Shown: piece after piece, positions 53,104 through 63,148 of the stretch | How the letters are laid out: every line of letters begins with the position of its first letter | Numbering within the stretch: the stretch's first letter is position 1 | Source of the DNA: Candidatus Moraniibacteriota bacterium | GTDB taxonomy: Bacteria > Patescibacteriota > Minisyncoccia > Moranbacterales > UBA1568 | DNA length: 64,000 nt | Assembly: GCA_963743885.1 (NCBI GenBank) | Contig: CAVURJ010000002.1 | Location: 305,706 to 369,705 of the forward strand | Direction: 5' to 3' | The notes under the pieces: generated by a model | The model's input: only the letters and a program-made list of their open reading frames with translations | Told to the model about the DNA's origin: nothing | Database searches by the model: none | Translations under genes and position numbers: made by a program

Positions 53104-53868
53104 ATGAAGAATCAGGTCGTTCTTATTACTGGAGGAGCTTCTGGCTTGGGCAAAGAAATAGCCCTTGAATTTGGGCGCAAAGATTATGTCGTTTACTGCA
53201 CGTCGCGGAAAGATGAATCTTCGGATCAGGAAAATATCCATTTTTTAAAAATGGATATTACGTCCGATGCCGATGTGAAGACGTCTGTTGATCAGGTGAT
53301 GACGCGGGAAGGACGGATCGACATTGTCGTAAATAATGCCGGGATGACGCTATCTGGTCCCACGCTTGATTTTTCTTCTGAGGATTTTAAGACCATAGTT
53401 GATACGAATGCGATCGGATCATTCCGGCTTTTGAAAGGGATATTTCAATACCCTCAAAAGCCACGTATGGTGATCAATATCACCTCTCTTAATGGCTTCT
53501 TTTCGTTTCCGAATTTTGGCATATATTGTGCTTCAAAATTTGCGGCCGAAGCGTTGGGTCTAGCGCTCCGTTATGAGCTTGGCGCCACGACGCAAGTAGT
53601 GAATGTTTCGCCAGGAGCGCTTTTAGCAGAGTCGAGCAAGCCGATTTCTCACAAGACAGCGCGGGAGAAAATAAAAATCTTGAATTGGCTAATGCCGCTG
53701 ACTTCACAGAAAGATGTGGCGAAAAGGGTTGAAGCCTTGGCTCGTATGAAGCGGGTTCCTGCACAGCTCCGTATCGGCCGTGATACGCATATCATATACC
53801 TGATGCAGAAATTTTTGCCGAGTTTTATTTTTGATAGAATAATTTTTTATATTTGGACAAAAAAGTAG
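53104..53868 (+). CDS. SDR-family short-chain dehydrogenase/reductase
   Basis: VLITGGASGLGKEIA (TGxxxGxG), NNAG, YCASKFA (YxxxK). Confidence 0.75.
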   Translation: MKNQVVLITGGASGLGKEIALEFGRKDYVVYCTSRKDESSDQENIHFLKMDITSDADVKTSVDQVMTREGRIDIVVNNAGMTLSGPTLDFSSEDFKTIVDTNAIGSFRLLKGIFQYPQKPRMVINITSLNGFFSFPNFGIYCASKFAAEALGLALRYELGATTQVVNVSPGALLAESSKPISHKTAREKIKILNWLMPLTSQKDVAKRVEALARMKRVPAQLRIGRDTHIIYLMQKFLPSFIFDRIIFYIWTKK

Positions 53869-53920
53869 TGTTTTCACTGGTTTAATTTAGGAAATAATTT
53901 CATTTAGAATAATTGAGAAT

Positions 53921-54940
53921 ATGTTTGAGAATCAAGTCATATTTGTATCCGGGGGAACAGGATCGTGGGGACATGAGCTGGTAAGACAGCTTCTTGAAAG
54001 ATTTTCCGATATAAAGGAGATTCGCATCTATTCGCGAGGGGAGCATAAGCAGGTTGAGATGAGGAGAGAATTCGGATTCAACCCCAAGTTGAAATTTATC
54101 ATCGGTGATATTCGTGATAAGAACATCCTTAATTACGCGATGAGCGGGGTTGATGTTGTTTTCCATTTGGCCGCATTGAAGCATGTCCCAGTCTGCGAGG
54201 AAAATACCTGGGAGGCCGTTCTTACGAATATCAACGGTACTCAGAATGTCATTGAAGCCGCAATCAATAACGGAGTCAAGAAGGTTATTGATGTTTCTAC
54301 CGATAAGGCTGTTGATCCGTTCAATCTCTATGGTGTTACAAAGGCCTGCGGGGAGAAGCTGATGATAAATGCCAATTTCAATTATTCTTTTGGTGATAAG
54401 GGGAGCAAGACGTCGTTTATCTGTATTCGTGGTGGTAACGTGATAGGGACAAACGGTAGCGTTATCCCACTCTTCAAGAAGCAGCTTTTGGAAAATAACG
54501 AGGTTACAGTGACTGATCCGACGATGACCCGGTTTCTTATGAGCACCAGGGAGGCTATCGGACTTATTTTTGCTGCCGTAGAGAAATCGATCGGCGGAGA
54601 GCTTTTTGTGATGAAGATGCCGGCTGCTACGGTCGAGACGGTTGCGAAGGTAATGATCCGGTTGTTTGGGAATGATGAGAGTAAGGTAAAGATCGTCGGT
54701 TCTCGGCCGGGAGAGAAGAAGCATGAGGTACTGGTTTCGAAGAATGAATCTCCAGCCGCCTATATTTTCTCGGATCAATATTTCGTTGTTCTTCCGCAGA
54801 TTCAAAATAGCGAGTTGGTTGGTATGTATACCGATAAGCAAAGGCTTGAGCATGAAGAGTTTAATTCGGAAAATACATATCGTTTGAGCGAAGATGAGCT
54901 AGAGGCCATCTTGAGGAAGGAAGATTGGTTGATGAGCTAG
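53921..54940 (+). CDS. UDP-N-acetylglucosamine 4,6-dehydratase-like (PseB/FlaA1/CapD family)
   Basis: VSGGTGSWGHEL, VFHLAALKHVP, DVSTDKAVDPFNLYGVTKACGEKL. Confidence 0.75.
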   Translation: MFENQVIFVSGGTGSWGHELVRQLLERFSDIKEIRIYSRGEHKQVEMRREFGFNPKLKFIIGDIRDKNILNYAMSGVDVVFHLAALKHVPVCEENTWEAVLTNINGTQNVIEAAINNGVKKVIDVSTDKAVDPFNLYGVTKACGEKLMINANFNYSFGDKGSKTSFICIRGGNVIGTNGSVIPLFKKQLLENNEVTVTDPTMTRFLMSTREAIGLIFAAVEKSIGGELFVMKMPAATVETVAKVMIRLFGNDESKVKIVGSRPGEKKHEVLVSKNESPAAYIFSDQYFVVLPQIQNSELVGMYTDKQRLEHEEFNSENTYRLSEDELEAILRKEDWLMS

Positions 54941-54970
54941 TGCGGAAATTTATAAGCCGACATAGAACAT

Positions 54971-55807
54971 ATGCTTGTTGGGATTACCGGGGCGCGAGGA
55001 TTTATCGGGGAGAATCTGATAAAGCGCTTAGACGTGGAGTCTATCCAGTATAAGATCTTGACAGGGGATCTACTTGATAGCGATGCCGTAGACAGTTTTG
55101 TTGACGGGTGTGATACAGTAGTACATCTGGCTGGTATTTTTAGCGATGATTTTCGAAAGCTTTTGGAAGCCAATCTTTTTGGCACCAGAAATCTTGTTGA
55201 GTCCTGCAAGAAATACAGAGTGGGGAAAATAGTTTTTTCTTCGACCGGAGCCGTATACGGCGAACCTGCCAATGATGGGATTTCAAAGGAGATCGATCCG
55301 CTTTTGCCCAACACCCTCTATGGTCTTTCCAAGCTTTACGCAGAAGAATATATAACTTTTTCTGGTGTTCCGTCGGTTATTCTGAGATTTCCAAATGTAT
55401 ATGGCCCAGGAAATGAAAAGGGTGTAGTCTTTAATTTTCTGAAGTCGATTCGTGAAAAAAAAGAAGTGACTATTTTTGGTTCTGGTGAACAGAAACGAAA
55501 TTTTCTTTTTGTGGATGATGCTGTGCAGTCTATTTTTTCATCGATTGAATATTCTGGTAGCGAAACGGTGTTCAATATCTCTGACAAAGCGATTTATAGC
55601 TTAAATGATGTTGTAGAAATTCTCAGAGAAAGCGGACTATCTTTCGATGTCAAATATCAGGCGGCCGATGAATCCAATGCGCTGCAGGTTCTTTCGGAAG
55701 ATATTTCTAAGGCTGAAAAAATATTGGGATGGACTCCAAAGATTAGCCTTGAGAGTGGCGTGAGAAAAATAATCAAAGCTATGGGGATTATCGATAGCGA
55801 GAAATAG
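54971..55807 (+). CDS. NAD-dependent epimerase/dehydratase family protein
   Basis: GITGARGFIG, YGLSKLYAEE (YxxxK). Confidence 0.7.
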   Translation: MLVGITGARGFIGENLIKRLDVESIQYKILTGDLLDSDAVDSFVDGCDTVVHLAGIFSDDFRKLLEANLFGTRNLVESCKKYRVGKIVFSSTGAVYGEPANDGISKEIDPLLPNTLYGLSKLYAEEYITFSGVPSVILRFPNVYGPGNEKGVVFNFLKSIREKKEVTIFGSGEQKRNFLFVDDAVQSIFSSIEYSGSETVFNISDKAIYSLNDVVEILRESGLSFDVKYQAADESNALQVLSEDISKAEKILGWTPKISLESGVRKIIKAMGIIDSEK

Positions 55808-55837
55808 GTGTTTTTAAATTATAAAATATAAAAAAGT

Positions 55838-56626
55838 ATGCTTCGCTTTTTTGTTAATCTTTTAGTGAAATCACCCCTTTATCCTCATTGGCTTGAGTCT
55901 TTCAAGATGGGAAAGGGGAATGAAGTCATATTTGATGGGATACACGGGGATGTTCTTGAGGTTGGGGCGGGTGATGGCGCTCGGAAAATTGAGCTATTGG
56001 GAAAATATAAGGGTATTTCCCGTTATGTCGCCACTGACTATTCGAGTTGGGATGGTGAATTTTCGGAGGTAGATAAGAAAGTTAGTAAATTTAATAGCTT
56101 AGGAGCGATATTTTTTGGATATCGAAAGCGTGAGCCGCTTGATGCTGTGTGCAGTGCGATGGAACTGCCTTTTCCTGATGGGTCTTTTGATTACCATCTG
56201 AGTTTTGAGGTTTTGGAACATATAAACGATCCAGAAAAATATTTTAGCGAGGTTGCTCGAGTCCTCCGTTCCGGTGAGCGAGCTATTATGAGTGTTCCAT
56301 TTCTTTATAGGATGCATGGCGGAGAGCCTGATCATAAGTTTGATCACTTTAGGTATCTCAAAGGTTTTTTTTATGGAAGAGAAGAGAAAAATGGACTCGA
56401 AGTCGTTAAGATCTATGTGAATGCGGGCTTCGGTACCTCGCTTGCGTCTTTGACGAATCAATGGATGATCAGGAGGATACTTGAGTCGAATATTATTATG
56501 AGGGCAGCGTGCTTGGTTCTTTCGCCGTTTATCTTCGTGGCGTCCAACTGCATTGGCTTTCTGATCGATATTTTCCCAGATGAGCGCTTTTCGACGAGAT
56601 TCCATGTGATTTTGAAGAAAAAGTGA
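55838..56626 (+). CDS. class I SAM-dependent methyltransferase with C-terminal hydrophobic segment
   Basis: LEVGAGDG, ELPFPDGSFDYHLSFEVLEHINDPEKYFSEVARVLRSGERAIMSVP. Confidence 0.65.
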   Translation: MLRFFVNLLVKSPLYPHWLESFKMGKGNEVIFDGIHGDVLEVGAGDGARKIELLGKYKGISRYVATDYSSWDGEFSEVDKKVSKFNSLGAIFFGYRKREPLDAVCSAMELPFPDGSFDYHLSFEVLEHINDPEKYFSEVARVLRSGERAIMSVPFLYRMHGGEPDHKFDHFRYLKGFFYGREEKNGLEVVKIYVNAGFGTSLASLTNQWMIRRILESNIIMRAACLVLSPFIFVASNCIGFLIDIFPDERFSTRFHVILKKK

Positions 56627-56631
56627 CCTCT

Positions 56632-57747
56632 ATGCTTGTAATCGCTACTCATGCCACCAGCATAAACGGGAAGATGTATGAAGCTCCGACAAGTACCCTT
56701 GTGGAGGTATTGAAGGCCGAAAAAAAAGATTTCATGTTTTTGAGGCATTCCATGGATGGTTGTTTCCCATCGACACTTTATTTTTTCAATGACGGAATCC
56801 AGGTGCGAAGCAGGATTTTTTCGGTGCTTTCATCGGTTTCTCTGTTTAGGTATGCAACCGAAGTCCTCTCAACGGTTTCTTTTTTTCTTTTTAGTAGCGT
56901 AAAGATGGATACGTACATCGGTGTTGATCCGCTCAATGCGTTTTCTGGTATTCTTCTGAAGAAGATGGGGCGTGTAAATCGGGTTGTCTTTTATACGGCA
57001 GATTATTCACGCGAGCGTTTTAAGAACGGTGTTCTTAATCGCGCTTATCATCTTCTTGATAAGTTTTGCGTCAAAAATGCCGATTATGTATGGAATGTTT
57101 CTTCTCGAATTTGCGAGATAAGGAAAGGTCAGGGCTTGGTTGATGAGAAGAATATTTTCGTACCGAATGTCCCATCATCCGATTACAAGAAATACCTCGA
57201 TACACGTGATAGGAAGCAGCACACGCTCATATCGCTTGGCATCATAGGTGAACAGCTCGATTATATCGGTATTTTTGATGCAATCAAAAACATGAAATCA
57301 AAATATCCGGATATCTTTTTGAAGATAGTCGGTAATGGCCCAAAAGAGTCTGAGTATAGGGCGTACGTGGATGAAATCGGCCTTAGTAGTCAGGTTGAGT
57401 TTCTTGGATATCTTGATCATGACCGAGCTCTGGAGGAGATTTCGAAGTCTGGAATCGGACTCGCTTTATATAACGGGAAGTGGTCATTCAATTATTTCGG
57501 GGATAGCATGAAGTGTCGAGAATATTTTTGTTTTGGTCTCCCGGTTATTACGACTGATACGCATTCCACCGTGGACGATATAAGAAATGCGAAATCCGGC
57601 GTCGTGTGCGCTCAAGATAAGGATTCGTATGAGTCAGCTATTTCGGACGTGTTTGAAAATTACGATACATACTCCGCGGCGTCTTTTGATTTGGCAAAGA
57701 AATATGACGCTATCCATACCAATCTGTTACGTGAATTTTTTGTATGA
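56632..57747 (+). CDS. GT4 (GT-B fold) glycosyltransferase
   Basis: C-terminal EFLGYLDH...E-x7-E-like block, FGLPVITTD. Confidence 0.75.
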   Translation: MLVIATHATSINGKMYEAPTSTLVEVLKAEKKDFMFLRHSMDGCFPSTLYFFNDGIQVRSRIFSVLSSVSLFRYATEVLSTVSFFLFSSVKMDTYIGVDPLNAFSGILLKKMGRVNRVVFYTADYSRERFKNGVLNRAYHLLDKFCVKNADYVWNVSSRICEIRKGQGLVDEKNIFVPNVPSSDYKKYLDTRDRKQHTLISLGIIGEQLDYIGIFDAIKNMKSKYPDIFLKIVGNGPKESEYRAYVDEIGLSSQVEFLGYLDHDRALEEISKSGIGLALYNGKWSFNYFGDSMKCREYFCFGLPVITTDTHSTVDDIRNAKSGVVCAQDKDSYESAISDVFENYDTYSAASFDLAKKYDAIHTNLLREFFV

Positions 57748-58793
57748 GAGTGCTTTATCAGATTCCGAATTTGGATACGATATATGCTGGGCGAACCATC
57801 TATAATGGCTATAAGAATGCCTTTATAGATATGGGACATCAGTTTTCTCCTTTGACTTCGGAGGATGATTTTGACGCGGTATGTGAATCCTTTCGTCCAG
57901 ATATATTCATAACATCGCTAAGTCAGTTTTATTTGAAATTCTTGGATTTGGATGCATTGGGGAGAAGGAAAAGAGCCGGACTCAAGGTCTTCGTAAATGT
58001 GCCTTTTTGGAAATCTCCGATGTCAAAATTAAGAATTAATGAGACATCTGGGCTTTCTTCGAATGATTATCATATCGGCCTCATAAAGTCTGGAGAGTTT
58101 GGGGATGTTTATTTCAATAGCTGTGAACAGGATGATGAGCGGATGGCTGGTTTTGGGGAGGGGACTGGACATCCATATTTTACGATTCCATTGGCGGCTG
58201 ATAAGACCATTCTTTTCGAGGAGCGTGATGAGAGATTTCTTGCTGATATTTCGTATATTGGTACGTTTTTGCCGGAGAAAAGAAAATTTTTTCGAGAAAT
58301 AATTTTTCCCTTACGACGTAAATACACTGTCCGATTATATGGACAGGATTGGACTTTTATTGATAGATTAAGGGGTTTTTTGCAGAAAATCGGTCAATAT
58401 TTCAATCTTTCTTGGTTGCGCCTGATTCAAAAGCCAAAGATGGAGCTTGAAGATGAGAGGAAAGTATATGCATCGTCAATGATATCTGTTAATGTCCATG
58501 AGGAACATCAGAAGAGATCTGGTGGAGATTGTAATGAGAGGACATTCAAGATACCGCTTTGCGGCGGATTTGAGATAGTAGATGATGTGGATTGTATCAA
58601 GAGATACTTCAAAGAAGGAGAAGAGATGGTAATAGCAAGAGATAGGGATGATTGGCTGAAGAAAATAGCTTATTATATTGAGAATCCAGAGGAGCGAAGA
58701 GCGATTATAGAAGCCGGGAAACAGCGAGTACTTCGCGAACATACCTACCATAATAGAGTTGAAAAAATCATAGGAATATTTAATTCGATTTGA
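57744..58793 (+). CDS. CgeB-like glycosyltransferase (DUF3880 + Glyco_trans_1_2-like C-terminus)
   Basis: NERTFKIPLCGGFEIVDD...YFKEGEEMVIARDRDDWLKKIAYYIENPEERRAIIEAGKQRVLREHTY. Confidence 0.6.
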   Translation: MRVLYQIPNLDTIYAGRTIYNGYKNAFIDMGHQFSPLTSEDDFDAVCESFRPDIFITSLSQFYLKFLDLDALGRRKRAGLKVFVNVPFWKSPMSKLRINETSGLSSNDYHIGLIKSGEFGDVYFNSCEQDDERMAGFGEGTGHPYFTIPLAADKTILFEERDERFLADISYIGTFLPEKRKFFREIIFPLRRKYTVRLYGQDWTFIDRLRGFLQKIGQYFNLSWLRLIQKPKMELEDERKVYASSMISVNVHEEHQKRSGGDCNERTFKIPLCGGFEIVDDVDCIKRYFKEGEEMVIARDRDDWLKKIAYYIENPEERRAIIEAGKQRVLREHTYHNRVEKIIGIFNSI

Positions 58794-58809
58794 TGAGTTT
58801 TCTTGCAAT

Positions 58810-59397
58810 ATGGAAAGAACGATACTTAATCTTGGTTGTGGGAAGGTTAGGATTCCCGGTTCAATCGGCGTTGATCGCGTGAAGATTGAAGATTATGTCG
58901 ATGTAGTACATGATTTGGACGTATTGTCGTATCCGTTCGAATCAGATTCTGTTGATGAAATACATTTTTATCATGTGCTTGAACATCTTCATGATCCATT
59001 GAAAAAGCTTGAGGAGATATACCGTATCCTGAAGCCAGGAGGAATCCTTTATATGAGAGTGCCGCATTTTTCAAGCATGGGGGCTTTTACTGATTTGACG
59101 CATATTCGGCCATTCGGTTATTTCAGTTTTGATTGTTTGGAGAGAGATCATTATCACCATTTCTATACGATTGCTGATTTTAAGATTGCAGAAAAGGAAA
59201 TAAAATATCTCGGGTTGTATCCAAACGGTGGTGTGTATGAGAAGTATGTTCATCCAAATAGTTGCCCGTTGTTTGCAAGGCCATTTGTGAAAATATTGAA
59301 TGTCCTCATTAATATGAGCCCGATGTTTTTTGAGAGGGTTTGGTGTTACTGGGTTGGTGGCGCGACAGAAGTGGTAATAACTTTGCAAAAACGATGA
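58810..59397 (+). CDS. class I SAM-dependent methyltransferase
   Basis: LNLGCGKVRIPGSIGVD, FYHVLEHLHDPLKKLEEIYRILKPGGILYMRVP. Confidence 0.7.
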   Translation: MERTILNLGCGKVRIPGSIGVDRVKIEDYVDVVHDLDVLSYPFESDSVDEIHFYHVLEHLHDPLKKLEEIYRILKPGGILYMRVPHFSSMGAFTDLTHIRPFGYFSFDCLERDHYHHFYTIADFKIAEKEIKYLGLYPNGGVYEKYVHPNSCPLFARPFVKILNVLINMSPMFFERVWCYWVGGATEVVITLQKR

Positions 59398-60587
59398 TTT
59401 TTAATAGGGAGTTTTCTGTTTCGGTAATGAAGAATGCTTTTGCGATTCTTTTCTCTCTTTGTCTTGTCCTGCTTATTTCATATAAGGTGGTGCCTTTTTA
59501 TGGTGGTATAACGTATACTGATGCAGCATATTTTTGGAATTTTGATGAGAGTTATGCCCAAGTAGGGGGCACTTATTCGGAAAATTATCTCGGTGCGGAC
59601 CAGTCTAATGGAGTGTTTGGTTTTTTTTCTAAGGGCGTCTTCATATTTCTCTTGAGATCTCTTGGGATGAGTCATAATCTCATCTCGTACCTGACTTCTT
59701 TTGGGTTTGTGTTCTTATCTTCGGTAGTTGCCTTCTTTGTTTTTAAAAGGATATCTGGGGATAGGCTTTTCGGTTTATTTTCAGCTGCTTTTTTTATTCT
59801 CAATAATATATCTTTGGAATATATTGCATATGGAGGTATGGTTTTTCATTTCTTGAGCTCCATTTCGTTTCTTTTGCTTTGTTATATATTTTGGCTGTCT
59901 TATTCTGAACATAAGTTGAACTATAAGTCCGTGGCAGCATGTGTAGTCGTATCCCTGCTTAACATCCACGCTTTTTATCTTTTGATGTATCTCATGCTGC
60001 TCACAGGCTTTTTTCTTTTTGCGTTTTTTTCTAGGGTCATTTCCAGAAAAGAAGTTATATTGAAATACGTATTATCTATTTTCGGAATAGTGATTATCAA
60101 TTCTTATTGGATTTCCCCATTTGTATATGGTCCTTTAAGTGGGGACTCGCAGACTACTTATAATAATACGGGCGTTGTCTTGAAGGGATTCCTTTCGGTT
60201 GTAAGTTATGTGAATTCAATAAATTTTTTCCAATACGGTAACTTCTTCGCACTTAACTTCCATCAGACTATTTTTCATTACCTGTTTTATTTTTCATTGC
60301 CAATAGTTTTTTTCTGGGCCTTCTTTTTTTCAAAGAAAAGAGAACACGCGAAAATACTTCTTTTTCTAGCGATTCTTTATTTGGTTTTTTTTAACCTTGC
60401 TCTTGGCCCGATGTCTAGGATTACTGGTGGCGTGTGGTTATATCTTTGGGATCATATCCCAGTCTTTTCTTTTTCAGAAGCTTTACGAGATATCAAGCGC
60501 TTATTATACCGTTATACCTGTTTTGTTTTTCTATTCTTACTTTGTCTTGGAGATCTGAGCGGAAGAAGGTTGTTTATGTGGCGATGA
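59394..60587 (+). CDS. polytopic membrane protein, putative GT-C-like glycosyltransferase / membrane domain of a larger protein
   Basis: ~11-13 TM helices; ATGA overlap with upstream methyltransferase. Confidence 0.55.
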   Translation: MIFNREFSVSVMKNAFAILFSLCLVLLISYKVVPFYGGITYTDAAYFWNFDESYAQVGGTYSENYLGADQSNGVFGFFSKGVFIFLLRSLGMSHNLISYLTSFGFVFLSSVVAFFVFKRISGDRLFGLFSAAFFILNNISLEYIAYGGMVFHFLSSISFLLLCYIFWLSYSEHKLNYKSVAACVVVSLLNIHAFYLLMYLMLLTGFFLFAFFSRVISRKEVILKYVLSIFGIVIINSYWISPFVYGPLSGDSQTTYNNTGVVLKGFLSVVSYVNSINFFQYGNFFALNFHQTIFHYLFYFSLPIVFFWAFFFSKKREHAKILLFLAILYLVFFNLALGPMSRITGGVWLYLWDHIPVFSFSEALRDIKRLLYRYTCFVFLFLLCLGDLSGRRLFMWR

Positions 60588-61642
60588 TTGTTATTCTCAT
60601 ATTTCTCAACGGGAAGATGCTTACTGGAAATCTGGATGGTGCTATTTCGGCGGTTAAAATTCCTGAGGAATATAAAAGAGTGAATGACGTCCTTGCTCAT
60701 GATAAAAGTGACGGAAATATAATTGCATTTCCGAATGGGATATACGAGGTATATTCATGGAGCGCTAATGAAAATAGAGATCTAATATTCCAGTCATTTC
60801 TATTAAGGGATTATCTTTTTAGTAAGCCAGTTGTTTCTGAACGAGCATCTGTTTCTTTATATTTGCGCGGGCAGGTCCTGAAGGAAGTTTTTTCTGGAAG
60901 TGATTTGAGAAATATAGAGGAGAATTTCCGCAAGATGAATATTCAGTATGTCCTTGTGCAGAAAGACATGATTGATAATTTTACGGGTGAAAGTGTGAAG
61001 TATGAGAAATATGACGACTATTTTAGAAGCAATGCTGTATTTTCTCTGATTGAGAATAATGACAACTTCAATCTTTACAAGTTTAATGAAGACTCTTCTG
61101 TTCTGATGGCTGACGGCCTTTCTTTTTCGAAATTGAATCCAATAAAATATCAGATTCATATTAAAGGTATAGAATCAAAAGAAGACATCGTTTTCTTGAG
61201 GAATTTTTCATCTCAATGGAAGGTATTTTTTTCTAAAGAAAATGATAGGGATTCTTATTGTCGATATGGAGAAATGATACATATTATTTCTGAAAAAAAT
61301 ATATCAGAATGTTTTGTTGATCAGAAAATGTTTCAGTGGGATGATCTTGGTTATCTTTTTGAAAAACCTATTTTAGGTACGAATCATAAAAAGATATATG
61401 GTTATGCCAATAGTTGGACAATTGATCCTGAATATATCAAGAACAATTTTTCAGAGGATCAGTATCGTGAGAATCCGGATGGAAGCATTGATCTCGATCT
61501 GACGCTCTATTTTAAGCCGCAGTCGTATTTTTATCTCGGACTGATCATTTCCGGCATTACGCTTGTCGGATGCCTGTCTTTTTTGGGATATGTTACAATA
61601 ACCAATCGGGTAAGGTCTAGGAACAAAGCGAAATCACTATGA
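60584..61642 (+). CDS. extracytoplasmic domain protein, either separate (ATGA-coupled at 60584) or the frameshifted C-terminal part of the preceding membrane protein (alternative ORF 60434-61642 overlaps in +2 frame for 154 nt)
   Basis: two overlapping long ORFs in different frames; hydrophobic residues continue in both frames across 60434-60587. Confidence 0.45.
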   Translation: MIVILIFLNGKMLTGNLDGAISAVKIPEEYKRVNDVLAHDKSDGNIIAFPNGIYEVYSWSANENRDLIFQSFLLRDYLFSKPVVSERASVSLYLRGQVLKEVFSGSDLRNIEENFRKMNIQYVLVQKDMIDNFTGESVKYEKYDDYFRSNAVFSLIENNDNFNLYKFNEDSSVLMADGLSFSKLNPIKYQIHIKGIESKEDIVFLRNFSSQWKVFFSKENDRDSYCRYGEMIHIISEKNISECFVDQKMFQWDDLGYLFEKPILGTNHKKIYGYANSWTIDPEYIKNNFSEDQYRENPDGSIDLDLTLYFKPQSYFYLGLIISGITLVGCLSFLGYVTITNRVRSRNKAKSL

Positions 61643-63144
61643 TGAAAATATCTCAAATCAAGCCTTTTTTCGATTTTGTGAAGTCTTTTGTGTTTTCGAA
61701 TGCTCGCTATATAGCGGTGCTGTTCATCTTCGTTTTGGCAGCGTTTTATAGCCTCAATATAGCGAAAGATGATTTGAAGGATGCGAAGAAGGATGATAAG
61801 GAGGGGCAAATGGAGCGCACGGCTGATCTTGATAAGGATATTCAGGAGAAATCGTATCCTGGACAGCTTGATTCCCAGGAAGGGGATTATTATAGGGCTA
61901 TCGTCCGTGCTGAGGCGAATAAGGATACTCTTGTCGATGTATATATCCGGTCGCTTCTTGGTATAGAAAAGAAAGTCGGAGAGATAGCGATCAAGGGCGG
62001 TGTCTCGGCACCATATGAACAGGTGTTTGCTACGGATGGTATCTATCACGATATCATCCTCCGTCGTTTGGAAAAGACGGACCCGAACGATACTTCATGG
62101 GATGGTGTGGAGATATATGTAGCGGATGTTTCCGTGACTCGGCTCAATGTCACATCCCAGTCTATGGCAATGCAGCTCAAGCCGACTATTTTCGGCAATA
62201 CACAGATGGCCCTCCGACAGCTTCCGGCGTCGCTTCCAGGGAAGGTCAATCGGTCGCTGATGTCTGGTGGTCGGAATATCGGCGAATATTTTGAGCCGGT
62301 TGATTCGGCGATTTCGTCGGTGTATGCAAAGTTTTCCGCTGTTGGGAATGGTGGTATCGGGCAGTATGATGTCGAGATATCGGAGTACGATGCGAACGGA
62401 TCTGGTACGAGAAAGACCGCTGCCAAAATTTCTTTTGAAGCGGATAAACTTTGGAAATATGCCGATGAAGAGCATAAGGGTTTGTACCGGTTCGATATGC
62501 CGGTAGCATTGAGCAAGGAGAAATTGTATTTCGTCGGGTTCAGCTCAAAGAATGTCGCAAGTGATGAGAAGAACGGACTCGAGCTCGTCCGTTTCGGTGA
62601 GAATGAAGATGGTGAAGGTGGGGGATTCATAGCGCTTGGGACGGTACAGTATACGCAGGTTGGGGTCGGGAAGACGGCCGCGAGGATCCTTTCGGGGGCT
62701 ACTATCCAGGATATTGGAAGCATGTATTTGTATGAGTATCGGATGAGTCATTCTGAAGAAGATCTACTCGATGTGCATGCTACTCAGGGAAAGCCGAAAT
62801 ATGATGAAGATCTTGGAATGATTACTCAGTCCGAGGCGGATGGTGCAGCGTTCGAATACAAGATCGATACAGTGTATCCTTTCGAGAAGATGAATGTGCT
62901 GGTCGATGGCGTAAAAGAGGTGAAAAGGGGAGGATTCCAAGTCGAGTATTCCTATGATAAGAAGGACTGGAAGAAAGTCTTGGCGGAAGATGAGGGTGGA
63001 ACTGAGCAGAAGGCTGATTTTATCATAGATGGGCAGGGTGGCGCCTCGACGGTTTATGTCAGGGTTGTGCATTACGGAAAATCACAGAAGAATGACATCC
63101 TCGGTTTGAGCGATTTCCAGGTCTCGGCTTTGTTGAAGAAATGA
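61639..63144 (+). CDS. hypothetical N-terminally membrane-anchored extracytoplasmic protein (501 aa)
   Basis: single N-terminal TM ARYIAVLFIFVLAAFY; ATGA overlap with upstream gene. Confidence 0.55.
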   Translation: MMKISQIKPFFDFVKSFVFSNARYIAVLFIFVLAAFYSLNIAKDDLKDAKKDDKEGQMERTADLDKDIQEKSYPGQLDSQEGDYYRAIVRAEANKDTLVDVYIRSLLGIEKKVGEIAIKGGVSAPYEQVFATDGIYHDIILRRLEKTDPNDTSWDGVEIYVADVSVTRLNVTSQSMAMQLKPTIFGNTQMALRQLPASLPGKVNRSLMSGGRNIGEYFEPVDSAISSVYAKFSAVGNGGIGQYDVEISEYDANGSGTRKTAAKISFEADKLWKYADEEHKGLYRFDMPVALSKEKLYFVGFSSKNVASDEKNGLELVRFGENEDGEGGGFIALGTVQYTQVGVGKTAARILSGATIQDIGSMYLYEYRMSHSEEDLLDVHATQGKPKYDEDLGMITQSEADGAAFEYKIDTVYPFEKMNVLVDGVKEVKRGGFQVEYSYDKKDWKKVLAEDEGGTEQKADFIIDGQGGASTVYVRVVHYGKSQKNDILGLSDFQVSALLKK

Positions 63145-63148
63145 TACG

